From: Phoronis australis
Lineage: Eukaryota > Animalia > Phoronida
Assembly (NCBI GenBank): GCA_002633005.1
Contig: NMRA01000317.1
Coordinates: 1-64,000 of the forward strand
DNA length: 64,000 bases
Direction: 5' to 3'
Shown here: piece after piece, positions 1 through 12,900 of the stretch
How positions within the stretch are numbered: position 1 is the stretch's first letter
How the letters are laid out: each line of letters opens with the position of its first letter
Notes under the pieces: generated by a model
The model's database searches: none
What the model was told of the DNA's origin: nothing
Seen by the model: only the letters and a program-made list of their open reading frames with translations
Program-made: the position numbers and the translations under genes

Positions 1-142
1 TTTTGAGACCATGCACTTTGCTGTGCATGCTTGTATGACCTGTAAGGGTTGCTTTGTCATTGAGTTCAGAAACGTGTTATTTTATTATCATTTCTACAAT
101 ATGAAGAGAACCTTATCAAAGCTTTAAAGTTTGCCTGTTACT

Positions 143-400
143 CCATTTTGGTCCTAGAGGAGGTAACTAGTCCAGGTATTGACTTACAGTTTTGGGGAAA
201 GTTGTAAATTATGGGTCTTGCTCACACACAATAAACCTTTTCAAACTGACATGCAAGGTCAGTGAAAGCAGTTTTTATGAACCCTGCTCATTGCAAACAA
301 CTGTCCCAGTTGGACTGTGTAACTAAACACATAGGGTTTATGGTCCTGGTTGGGAAGATCATTGTTTGATTACCCCCTATAGGCATTGATTAGATGAGCC
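143..400 (+). mobile_element. family A repeat copy
   Basis: shares the core caactgtcccagttggactgtgtaa and ttatggtcctgg. Confidence 0.65.
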
Positions 401-546
401 TGGAGTTGGTGTTTGGGTTGGTGCCCTGATCTCCACCTTATTGAAATTAACCTTAGAACTGTCGTGTTGTTGACAGAGATGCTGTTTCTCAGTGTTTCTC
501 AACTGGATATCTTGATTAAACTAACAGCTATCATTTATTTTGTATC

Positions 547-791
547 ATTTTGAGCTTGAAGGGGGTAACTGGTGGTCATAGTTGCTTAGAATTAGGCAGA
601 CGGTTGTAAATCGCGGGTGTCATTCACACACAACAGGCCTTTAGAAATTGACATGCAAGGTCAGTGAACCCTGCTCATAGTCATACAACTGTCCCAGTTG
701 GACTGTGTAAGTAAACACAGTAAGGACTTTATGGTCCTGACTGAGAAGATAATTGTTTCAGTACCCCCTATGGGTTTTGAATAGTCAAGCC
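547..791 (+). mobile_element. family A repeat copy
   Basis: shares the core with 143-400 and 43789-44044. Confidence 0.65.
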
Positions 792-859
792 TGCCCCCTC
801 CTCCAGATTGCAATGCTTTAACTATTTGTGTACCCAAACCCATTTGATGTTTCTTGCAG

Positions 860-991
860 ACCAATTTGTTTACATCCGTCAGCCAGAGCTCAAGGTTACT
901 GTAGGAGGGTCCGTTTCCTTCGACTGCTATGCCCAGGGACGTGAAGTAGACCGGTTGGTGTGGACCAAGCAGGGAGGGGTCTTGCCTCCAG
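860..991 (+). CDS. HSPG2: perlecan exon, Ig N-half
   Basis: tgcag|...|gtttgt; DQFVYIRQPELKVTVGGSVSFDCYAQG...VWTKQGGVLPP. Confidence 0.9.
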
Positions 992-3900
992 GTTTGTATT
1001 ACTGTGCCTAATTCAGTGTATTTTTTGAAAATCTGTTACTGTGCTGAGGAAGTATTACTAACAAAAATATTGTAGAATTTTCTTTCATTTGTTATGACAT
1101 TACTGGCTTCTAGTAATAACTTTGCAACACATTGCTTCTCATTTTATTTTCAAACAAATTGTAAGAGTATTTGTCAGCAGTCATCTGTTATGGAATGGAC
1201 TGCATTCAGTGGGTAAGCCGACAGCCATAGTTTTACAATTATATCGCTATTTTCCGCCTTGGTGGTTTTCAATTTCTTACCTATTTAGCCCATAGTATGG
1301 TGGACAAGTGATTTTTTAAAAATAAGGATTAAGAAGATTTCTGTGATTAGCTTGGTTTGTACTGTGTATATGTCAATAAACAATATTTGATAAAACGTGC
1401 AGTTTTTTATGGTTGTGTCTCGTGAAATTCAACCGAACTTTGACTCATCAATCGTTTGAAATACTTTATTAGTGAGAGTGTTTGGTAAAGTTTCCGTTAC
1501 TTGCAGCAGCGTAATCAGCCTTTTACGTATTGAAACATTACGATTTTGGCAATTCAGTGTTTATAATAAGTGAAGAGTAATTATGTTCGTGGCGTAGTAT
1601 TGTCCTGTTCATATGATTGACAGGTTCATCGGTGAAAGACGGTGTCTTGACCATCCCAAATGTCCAGCCGGACTACGCAGGCAACTATATCTGCAGTATC
1701 ACTACACTGACAGGACTAGAACAGACTGCTGTGGCCAGGCTGGTCATTGATGCTGTCATAACCATCAGTAAGTGTCCAATGCGGTTAGCATTTGAGTTTT
1801 GCCAGGTGGGAGTTGGGGAGGGGGGACTGCTTAGCTCTCTGGACTGTTGTAAATCTTCTGCTGTTGCTCTTGTATTTTGTTGGTAGTGTGCTGTGCCCAT
1901 AATGAGAGGGCACATTTGGATAAGTTGTAACGGACCTTGTACCTTTCTAAAACTCTGTTATAATTAATGTTGGTTGCAAGCAAATTAAAATTGTATACTG
2001 TGCAGTTGTCTCAGAACTTGGTTGAATGGAATGTTGTAAGTGACCAAACATTATAAACCAACTTCATTGTAACATGGAGCTACTGTAACAACACATGTCT
2101 GTCACTGAGCTACTTTGACTTTACGCTATTGTAGTTTGAGTTGGACTCTAGACTCACTGATCAAAATTCAGTTGTCTGGCTTTTGGATAGCTGTTTGTTA
2201 TACATGCATTGTGATCAGTCATTTAAATGGAGGTTACAGGGGATTCTGGTCCTCTGATAATTTGTTTATAGTCACTTACAGCAGTCTAAGCATTTCGAGA
2301 ACCAGATGAGTTCTTTACTGAATAATGGACATCAAACTGGCACTATTAACCAAAATAAATTTGATCACAGCGAGTGCGGGGTGTGTCCATATGTCACAGT
2401 TCAACTTCAAGTCTGTGCGTCAGCTTTAAGCCTCGCCCTCTGTTGTGCTGCCATTCTTATTGCTTTGTTAAAAAAAATCATATTAAGTTAAAAAATCAAG
2501 CCACATCAAGTTGTTCTGTTGTTCTAGACCGGAAGCCAACGGTGGTAATGCAACCAGCCCAGGTGAACATCAGGGAGGGTGAGACTGCCATACTACAGTG
2601 TGTGGCCAATGGCAGACCTATACCTAGCATAAGGTGGACCTTCTCTGGATCGGGGGGACCACTTCTCTCCAAACATCAGGTATGTACCTGGATATTTTCG
2701 TCTGTATCGTACAAAATGGAGGTGGATCACCTAGGCTTTTGTATGTAATCTTTCATGCTGTCACTGTTTTGTCATGATTTAGTGCAGGGGGTGTTAAGTT
2801 ATTTCCCATCGTAGCAACTGTAAGCATTATCAGTAAAACATTGATTTTTCTCCTTATATTAAAATAGAGGTTTAATTAAGGGAAATTGTGTGTGGTCAGA
2901 GTGAAAAAACTTGTCCTAGTGTGCTTTGTAACTCCTTATCTGCTGGTGGCTTAGTATGTCATAGAAACTTAAAGTGTACAGATTTAGTTATATTTCAGCT
3001 CAAAACTTAACCAACAACAAGGCGTTCATAAATTTGGTAGTTATTGGGACTAGCAAATCCTTCACATTTATGTGGCAGTTAACCTAGTATCTTGCCCAGT
3101 GCTTGCCACGGGAGGAAATCAAGGGCAGCAGTGTATTTGAGCTATTTTGTTTATTGTATACTGTAACAGCTCTTTAACAAGTCAGTAATACTTTCAGTTG
3201 CAAGGTAACATCCTACGTATCATACGAGCTGACAAGATGGACAATGGTGTGTTTACCTGTACAGCTGAGAATGTGGCAGGTGTCGCCTCTGCCCAAGCAG
3301 TCGTCAATGTGGAGTGTAAGTACCCGCGCTCTTGTATTGGACGAGAAATGGAGATACTTGTTGAGAAGTTGCTCAATGTTAACAGTTTATTTTTTATTGT
3401 AAGATTTGAACTTTTTTGAAGAGTTTAATTCCCTGTGCAATGTGAATACAATTTACTTAAACACACGCTTCATAATCGTAAACTGTACAAATGTGATGAC
3501 TTATGAACAACTAAAACATGCATGCAGGCACTCATGCACAGCAATATCTCCTTTGCAATTTATGTCTAACAACTTCACTATAATGATTATAAAGGATGTA
3601 CACATTCATAATGATTGTACGTTTTTACTATAATTGCTCTAGTTTATAGTTGTCTGGAGGTCTAATACACTGTACATTAACACAAGTACAGGAATGAAAA
3701 GTCACTAAAATTGATTTACAGAATATACCCTAAACGTCACAAACAATTAACCAAAATCATCCACAATTTCCTGTTACAATATCTGAGAGTAAGCTTAATT
3801 CACTGCCATGACAGCCGTTAGCCTTGAAAGGTGAAAAGAGAGATATTTTATAGTAATGATTTTGCCCATATTACAGGTCAATGCACAATCGTGCTATTAT

Positions 3901-6900
3901 TTTTACTGTCAGAAATGTAATTATCTATCGTGACTGAGAAACAGAATGGTTTTACTGATTGACCTTGCCGGTTCAGTCGGCTCAGACACCCGATTGGTCT
4001 GCAAGGCAGAAGTCATCCTCAAGAACCAATCAGATGTCTTGCCCTGTTGCCCCATCAGAACCAGGGAAGTCAACTTACCTCAATGTTGTTATATTACACG
4101 TGGTGTATACTGTAACATGTACCTCAATGTTGTTGTATTACACGTGGTGTATACTGTAACATGTACCTCAATGTTGTTGAATTACACGTGGTGTATACTG
4201 TAACATGTACCTCAATGTTGTTGTATTACACGTGGTGTATACTGTAACATGTACCTCAATGTTGTTGTATTACACGTGGTGTATACTGTAACATGTACCT
4301 CAATGTTGTTGTATTACACGTGGTGTATACTGTAACATGAATTCATTTACTAAGTGTTTGTGTTGTGTATTTAGCACAAAGATTAGTGGAGCCTGTGGTG
4401 GAAATCTACCCAAGAGGTCCCTTCCGTGAGATCATCCCAGGGCAGAGTTTGACTGTGGAGTGTAGGACAAGTGCTGGATTCCCTCGACCCACTGTCACCT
4501 GGTCCAGGTAGGCAACGTGCTCGTGTAGTTAGTGACGAATTGTCCGGTATTAGTGTTCATGGATTGTAAAATTTCACCAATTTATGACACCATGTGGGAA
4601 GAGTGCAATTTTAGAATTTTGTTTGTAAGGTACGTTATTTTTGCTGTACCATTTTCAAGCTCTGTACCACAGATACCGCTTTACAGTATTCTGAATACTT
4701 TAGCCAACCAAGTTATAAGCCCTTCATGCACCAGATGAATTTTAAATACTAGCAAGGTCTCGTATTATTTTTTATGAGATATCTTGAAGTTGTTTACTGT
4801 AGTATCTTTGTTTAAGTCAGGGATCTTCAAATGGAAACCTTAATTTAATAGATGCTGTAAGGCATAACCAATGATAAAAATTAAAAAACGAACGTCATGA
4901 AATTGATAAAAGTCCTGCAGTCTGTCACGTCTTTTGAGAAAGAACACTGCTCATAACACTGGGTTTTAATAGACATCCATCTTTTAGTATTTCAATGCAA
5001 TGTCTGAGCAACTGGGAAATCAGAAATTAGATACAACCACAGAACGAAATGAAAAAATACACGAGACAATGCTACTCTCTATCCATGAAATCTGAAAAAT
5101 CAAAACAAATTGAAAATTTTATTTGTATGTTCTCCCTCGTCATATTTTTGAGTTGTATTACACTGTTGTCAATTGTATTAAATTGCATTGTATTATATTT
5201 GCTCCACTATTTCACAGACAAGGTGGCGGTGACTTTGGTCCTTACACTGAGGTTGTTGGATCATCTCTGCGATTCCGCCGCATCTCCTCAGAGGACGCCG
5301 GTAACTATGTGTGCACAGGCTCCAACATTGCAGGCACACAGTTGGCCACGGTGCAGATTGGTGAGTTATGATGTCTTCTGTGGTGTTAAAAATACCAGTA
5401 GTAAGATTGTGTGCTACAATTCTCAATGATCCACAATGATGGTTTAGATTATAATATAACATGTCACCAATCACTTTGTTCACTTTTCTGACCATGTAGT
5501 GTGCTACAATTCTCAATGATCCACAATGATGGTTTAGGTCATAATAGCACATGTCACAAATCAATTTGTTCACTTTTCTGACCATGTAGTGTGCTACAAT
5601 TNAAATACCAGTAGTAAGATTGTGTGCTACAATTCTCAATGATCCACAATGATGGTTTAGATTATAATATAACATGTCACCAATCACTTTGTTCACTTTT
5701 CTGACCATGTAGTGTGCTACAATTCTCAATGATCCACAATGATGCTTTAGATCATAATAGCACATGTCACAAATCAATTTGTTCACTTTTCTGACCATGT
5801 AGTGTGCTACAATTCTCAATGATCCACAATGATGGTTTAGGTCATAATAGCACGTGTCACAAATCAATTTCACTTTTCTGACCATGTAGTGTGCTACAAT
5901 TGTCAATGATCCACAATGATGGTTTAGATCATAATAGCACATGTCACAAATCAATTTGTTCGCTTTTCTGACCATGTTTTAAATCAATGTCTGTGTTTGT
6001 TGCTCCCTTGTTTCTCCCGGAGTCTATCCCAGACTCATCAACCAGTAACTATGAATGCTTCTTACCGGTTGGTATTGCAATAGGCACTTGCCACAGCCAC
6101 TGGACTTTTTACCTGGATTCTTTTGTTTGGGGAATAGGGAACAATGATGCGAGTTTCTGGGGTAACTGTTGCCTGGACACAACATTCTTTCCTGCACATT
6201 CTTTCTGGTTATTTTTTCCACTTTGTTGAAAACATGTATCCATGTCCATACATGCGCACTATAACCTGAAGGTGATTGTTTATTTTAAAGCACTGTGTCT
6301 TTCTACATTAGGTGGTATTGTCATTCGTGAGCTAGAGGATAAAGAGATTCGTGCACCCCTGGGAGCCCGTGTTCGCCTGGAGTGTACTGCTATAGGTCTG
6401 GGCCCAGTTGATGTCCAGTGGCAGTCTCCTCGAGGTGAACGTCTCAGCAGCACCACCAGCCAGACAAGTAGTCCCTCAGGACAGTATATTGGCCAGGCTG
6501 AGTATATCATAGATCCCTTCACAGCCAATGACGTTGGTGCTTACACGTGTGTGGCAAAGAGTTCCTATGATCAAGCTACAGCCGTGTTGACTGTTTTACA
6601 AGGTAACAAGTTAGAACTATGGGTCACTTGACTTTCTCATATAGCCGCATACTGCACCATCTTTGGTTCATCTTTTGGAGCAGAACTCTTCATTAGGGTT
6701 CTTTAATACAGTGAGTTAATGTCCCTAATTACATACAGTGATAATGTAGATGGAATGGAGTTGGGCTATCTTGATATATTTGAGTTTGAAATTTGTGACT
6801 TTCGCTTGACCTTATTATCATTAGTTCTGTGTGGTGTGGGGCTTTAAGGGACAATGTGGTTCAACATCGCATCTAATTGTTTTGCTGTCACAACGTTTCA

Positions 6901-9900
6901 CAATTACTCATCTGATATTGTTTGATCAAATTCTCAATTTATTTTCTAATACTGACCAACTCTGTGGTATCTCAGTGTGATTTCTAGGATGCATCATAAA
7001 TGGTAAATTGTTCTTAATACATTTAGTGAATGAAATTACATTTCTGGTTTTTGCTATGGATTGAACTTGCAATGATTTTTGGAATTGTTTTGTTGTACCT
7101 GCCAAGACTATTTTAGGCATGTCTTAATAGGCAGTGTGTACTTCCAGATCAAGGGTCAGTGGGTCCACCTGTGTTACAGCCTTTACAGGACATTAATACA
7201 CCTCTATACTCCACTGTCACATTGACATGTACTGGGTCAGGTAAGGCACCTTTTAGCATTACCCATAGCTGTCCCATAGATATCAGTACTTGACTTGGTA
7301 AAGCTGTTCGCTTTTTATAGTTTAACCAACAAATGATAGTGTTGTTGAGTAGTAGACTAGTAGACTAGGTGATTCATTCAAGTAGAATGATTGGGTTTAA
7401 TGGCAGACTTGTCTTTTGTCAAAAGTTGTGTTTTAGGTTGACAGTCATTCCTGTTTGTCGTCCATTCTGATGCTGAATATTAAATAAGCATGTTGCATGT
7501 TATTGGTTTGCTGAAATAAATCTTTTGTTTGTCGATGACTATAATAAAATGTGAAGTTTACATTCTGTTATTGATGTCACTGTTTGTAATTGGATTAAAC
7601 TCCATCTAAAGTGATATAAAGCATTTGTTTTATTGTGTAAGAGCTAACTGATGCAGTTAAAGTTGACATTGTTCACTTTAAATATATATATTAGTACAAA
7701 AAATAATACTTTTTGTCATGGTCAATAGTCAATAATCACATTTTCTTTAATTTGTCGACTTAAAGGTTTTGGTAAGTATTTGACATCTTTCTTAGATGGG
7801 TAAAACCACTCACCATCTGAATCTCTATTTTTGCCTGCTTTTCAAGTTTTTTATGATGTTATTTGAGAGCAAACGTACATCGGGTCGTAGAATCTTATGA
7901 CACGCAAAGTTTTGTTCACTTTACCCAATGATGTGGTCGGATTAGAAGTCTGGGAATGTGGGTAGATGACTATGTTAACCTTTCATGACCCTAGTTGTTC
8001 CTTGTAGTTGTGAATTCATCAATATCAACCCCAGTTGTCCTGTTGTAGCTAGAATGTGAGTATGGACCCGTTCTAGTTTTCCTGTGGTAATGGATACATG
8101 AACGAGAATCATAATCTTCATCCCATAGTATTAAAAACATTGTATAATTATTTATACTGTACCGAAAACATGAAGACTCCAATCTTTCCCCATATTTCTG
8201 CAACACCTTTCTTAATCCTTAATTATGTCACAGTAACCTGCAGTCTTAATAATTAATTATATAGTTGTTAACCTTCCTGAAATTTTTTTTTCTCAAAAAC
8301 GTAATTCTTAACTTTTCATTTCTTTCCCATAACATCTCTTAAAACTCATTATTAATATGCATAATATGCAAACTGTTCAATACAACTAATTTCAATTAAT
8401 CACCAAGTCTTTATTGGCCATTTTCAGAACGTTTGGTTTGCGGCAGTTGAGGCTGTTTGACTATGGATTTTTCTTTAGCGGGAGGGTTGATACGCATGAA
8501 ACTTTGCACACTATTTCATGATCTATGGCTAGGGGAACCTTGTCTTAGAATTTTATTTTATTTTCTTTAGAACTACAGAGATATCAGCTGTCTAAACTGA
8601 ATGCTTGGGATGTTGTTATAAAAGGGACTTCAATGGCTGATTGTTGAACTGTACGCCATCTATTTCCTGCCTAGTTAAAGATGCTATGTCTCACTAAAAC
8701 CGTGAATATTTAACTTTGTAGTAAGTGCCATCTAGTGACTTCCTGTAGAACTGTGTGTACAAGTCTAATCAGGAAAAGAAACAGTATTTAAATAAATTGC
8801 TGTTTTAAAGAAAGCACCATAACTTAGTGTGACACACACAAGAGTGAACGTATAAAAACTTAGTAATTTCAAATATTACACAATCACTATTTGATATTGA
8901 AATAAACAAATAATATAAACTGCCTTGTTTCATTAGGATAACGATGAAATCAATACCATACTCATTCACATAAAAATAGTCTCGTTTTGCGAGCTCGTAA
9001 TGGTAACTGGTTCTCGAATGGTTTCTGGCACACTGGAAGACCCGAGGTTGTTTGTAACTAGGTACTTCATTTGTATATTCACAATTTAATGAGATTGTGC
9101 ATCTTTAAGTTGCAAGTTGACGCTTGAGAGCAGCATGTGCAAGTCTGGATAGTTACATTTTTCTTTGAATATTTTGCTATTTTGTCCAGACATGTTACCT
9201 GAGCTACTGCCTTTGCCAACAAGTATGTACATGTATCTGATTGATAATGATTGTAATAATTACACATTCACAGGGTCAATAGAGTCGATTTCAAAGAACA
9301 ATTTGTTTAAATTTAGTCTCAGTTTGTTCAGTAAAATCTCATCAGTTTAATGCACAATATGATACTTGAGTCGGTTTTATTTTTCTCTTCTCATAAAAGA
9401 CAGATAGCTCCAAATTAATGCTTTATTAATTATAGCATAAATATCTACAAGTAAAATTTCAGAAACTTTGGGCACTTCACAGCATTGTTAGAAGCCTGTA
9501 ATTTGTGAGCTAATTTGAAAGACTTTACAGGCTGTTGTAGAAATACACAATATGTTGATGTACAGGGCTGCGCAGCACTTTTTGCACTGAGTGCAATATG
9601 ACTAGTTATAGACTGGGTGTGTGAGTCCGGATATGGCTATAGCTATAGACTGGGTGTTTGAGACCGGACATGGCTAGTTATAGACTGGGTGTGTGAGTCC
9701 GGATATGGCTAGCTATAGACTGGGTATGTGAGACCGGATATGACTAGTTGTAGATTGGGTGCGTGAAACTGGTACACTCTCGACAATTGTGGACAAAAGT
9801 GATGTCAAAATTAGTCATTTTCACTTTTCAAAAGCTAACATTGCTTCGAATGTCCAGCTATTTCTGGGAAACATTGTCTGAGGGAAGCTATGTACAGACC

Positions 9901-12900
9901 TTATCTTTAATGAAAAAAATGAAAACGTGAAATTTCTTTTGTTGGTCATATTGTATCCTCAATTGGTGAGAGTCTGCCGTAGTTGGTTTTATTAGAAGGT
10001 ACGCTTGAACTTTTAATGTGAATGGCGATTATACATTGAATGTCGTGTCTATGTTGCAGGTAACCCTCCTCCAGTATTAAGTTGGGAGCGTGTCGGCCGA
10101 CCCCTACCTGCTAAAGCGCGGATACAGCCAGGTCTGATGGTCATTGACAATGTACAGGCTGAAGATGCTGGAGAATACATGTGTATAGGCATCAACCAAG
10201 GTGGACGGGCTGAAGCCAGGTTTAGAATCAATATTTTAGGTGAGCAACAACGCACAGTGGACTAGCTTAGCTGCGTGCTGATGCCAGTAGTGTTGACACA
10301 GTTTGGGCATGTAGTTCTAAATGATGCGCATTATTCATTTAATGTAGATTCACATTGAAGTATCATTGCATCCTCCATTTTGTAGTGTTAAAACACTTGA
10401 GTTTTAAATTACATGAGTGAACACCTTTAAGTAGGTACCCTCTTGTACCTTACTGTGAGTACAAGTTAGTGATTTCACTGTTTTGGAAGATCTGACTAGT
10501 TATTATTGTTGCTCAGTGAAGGCTGAAGATGGAATTGACGATTTAACCATTTTATTCAAGATGGGCTGTTTATATGCCCCAACATTAGATAGTTTTTAGT
10601 TCACTGGGTACTTTGTGACATAAACTAACTCTTTACAATTTAACGATCATCTAATAAAATCTTTTTCTTTATCACCTCTCATGCATTTGAGTCCAATAAG
10701 AATCATCTAATGTTCTTGAACTGCGGATTTTCCATAAACAATTCACTTAATGTTTAATTAGGCACCACAGTGTACAGTATCTAGCCCCTAACGTGTGTTA
10801 CTTCTATTTTAATTGGTAGACATTCTTAACTCACCTAGTCTGTCACTACATTTAGTCACACATGCACACACAAACACACACAAACACACACACACACGCA
10901 CGCACGCACACTGACTATTAACTACTTCCTAGGTCCTATAACCATCTCCCCTGAGAGCCAGACTGTCAGAGTCGGGGGCCGTGTCCAACTCCGTTGTAAC
11001 GCAGATAATGGTGAAGTTAAGTGGACCAGAGGTGATCGGCAGACCCTTCCCACTAACGCTGAGACACGTCCAGGTGGCTACTTGTACATCTTCAATGCCA
11101 AGCCCTCTGATAGTGGCATCTATGAGTGCTCTGTGGGCCCAAGGAAAACCATCGCTACTGTGTCTGTTGAATGTGAGACTCACTGTTCTGTGTAATAGTC
11201 AAACACTAAGTGCATGGATTAATGAGGGCATGACCCAAGACCCATAAATGGGGGACTTGCACCATTAGGATCGCTTCTGTCTTGGTTGTTATGGTTACCT
11301 TCTTCCCACACGTATTTGCTATGATTCAGGTTTGTTTGTCGCCGGTTTCTCGTATATTACCGATGTGAGCAGTATTTGTTGGAAATTAGTATACAGACTT
11401 CCTGAATGTCTTGCAAGGATTACATTTTCTCAAAGACACGGTCTGTTTGCCAACTGTGCAAATCCAAGTGTCATCTCAGGACAAAGACCCAAAACTTAAC
11501 ATTATGAACAGGATATGGGGGATGGGGGTTTGGAATTGAATATAACAGTTCACATGTATGTGTGCTAAAATGCTAAACTAAGTGCGGGTAATAGTGTCTA
11601 CTTGTAGTATGAATCCACATAAAGTAGTCATGGTACTTTTCAAATTAGTTGTATGTAAATAAGTAAAGGACATAAATTGATGCCTCGTTAGCTTCACATT
11701 TCACTCTTGCCAGTAACTTTATCAAACGATGTTGATGCCACCAATGGAACTAAAAGCATGCAGTTTCTACGGTACTTTCCTCAAAAGAACATAAATATTT
11801 TGTTAAACATGAATGCCCAATGTTTCATTTAGTAATTAGGTTACACCAGCTTTCGTCAATTGTCATTGACATATCAACCTGTAATTTGGGAAAAACCAAC
11901 AACAGCAAATACATGGCATGATGGCGACTGCAGTGACCCACGCTCCTAGCAATCCCAGAGGCGAAAATATATGTGCAAGACCCTGGCTGCTTTACTCGAA
12001 ATTCAACTTAAAGTAAACCAATCGCATTGTAGTAGATTGATGACCTTGACTTGTATCTCGGGTCAAGTTTTGTGGTCTTGGCCGTGTCCTCAGTCACACT
12101 AAGTAGTTGAATTTTTCATTCTGTCTTTTGATCTGTAATGTTTCACTTTTCAATTATCCTAATCCTTGTTTGACATTGCATTGTTTGAACTTTTCTTCCA
12201 ACCTTTGTTCGTGGACTGAGAGTCTTTGAAATTGTCCTAACGCTCCCATATGTCTAGTAGGTGGAATTATAGAACTCGCTGTTTGTTCATCTAATTGTGG
12301 TCAAAATTGTGTTGAAGTAAGACCACCTAAGCATCAATTCATGGACATGTATGGTTCTAATGTTGTAGCCCCACCTGGTAATGTGCGCATCTCAGGAGGT
12401 GAGAGGCCCCTCACAGAAGGTGCCTCTGTTGTGCTCACATGCCAGGCTTCAGGTAGAAATCTCAAGTACCAGTGGAGCCGGGCTAGAGGAGCTTTGCCTG
12501 CCAATAACAGGGGGCAGGGTACCAATACACTGACGTAAGTAGGCAATACATGACCTGTGGCTGTTGTGTGGCTGTTTCTGGGAAAGCATTACATCTTGTG
12601 GGCCAGCTTGTATTTCTAGTGCAGACACGCAGCTGTCATCTTAAGTCACATGCAGTGGCATGGTCACTGTCTGGAATTACAGTCTTCTGACTAGAACAAA
12701 TCAATTGTACAGCATAGAAACCATCTGCTAAAGCATTTGATCTAAAGTATTATCGAGTATAATTGGGACTGCTCACTCACTGTATTCGTCTCGGTGTGTA
12801 CAAGCCATTTTTAAGCTGGCGTTCCTGTGGCTGTGAAGTAGGCCTAATGCAACCAGTGTTGGTAGTTGTCATTTATTTCAGAGTCTTTTGAACACATTAG

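Noticed and set aside
5193-5975. 260-aa minus-strand ORF with His/Cys-rich 30-aa repeats
   Set aside because: It is a by-product of the 90-bp minisatellite (unit divisible by 3), spans an assembly N and overlaps a perlecan exon antisense.
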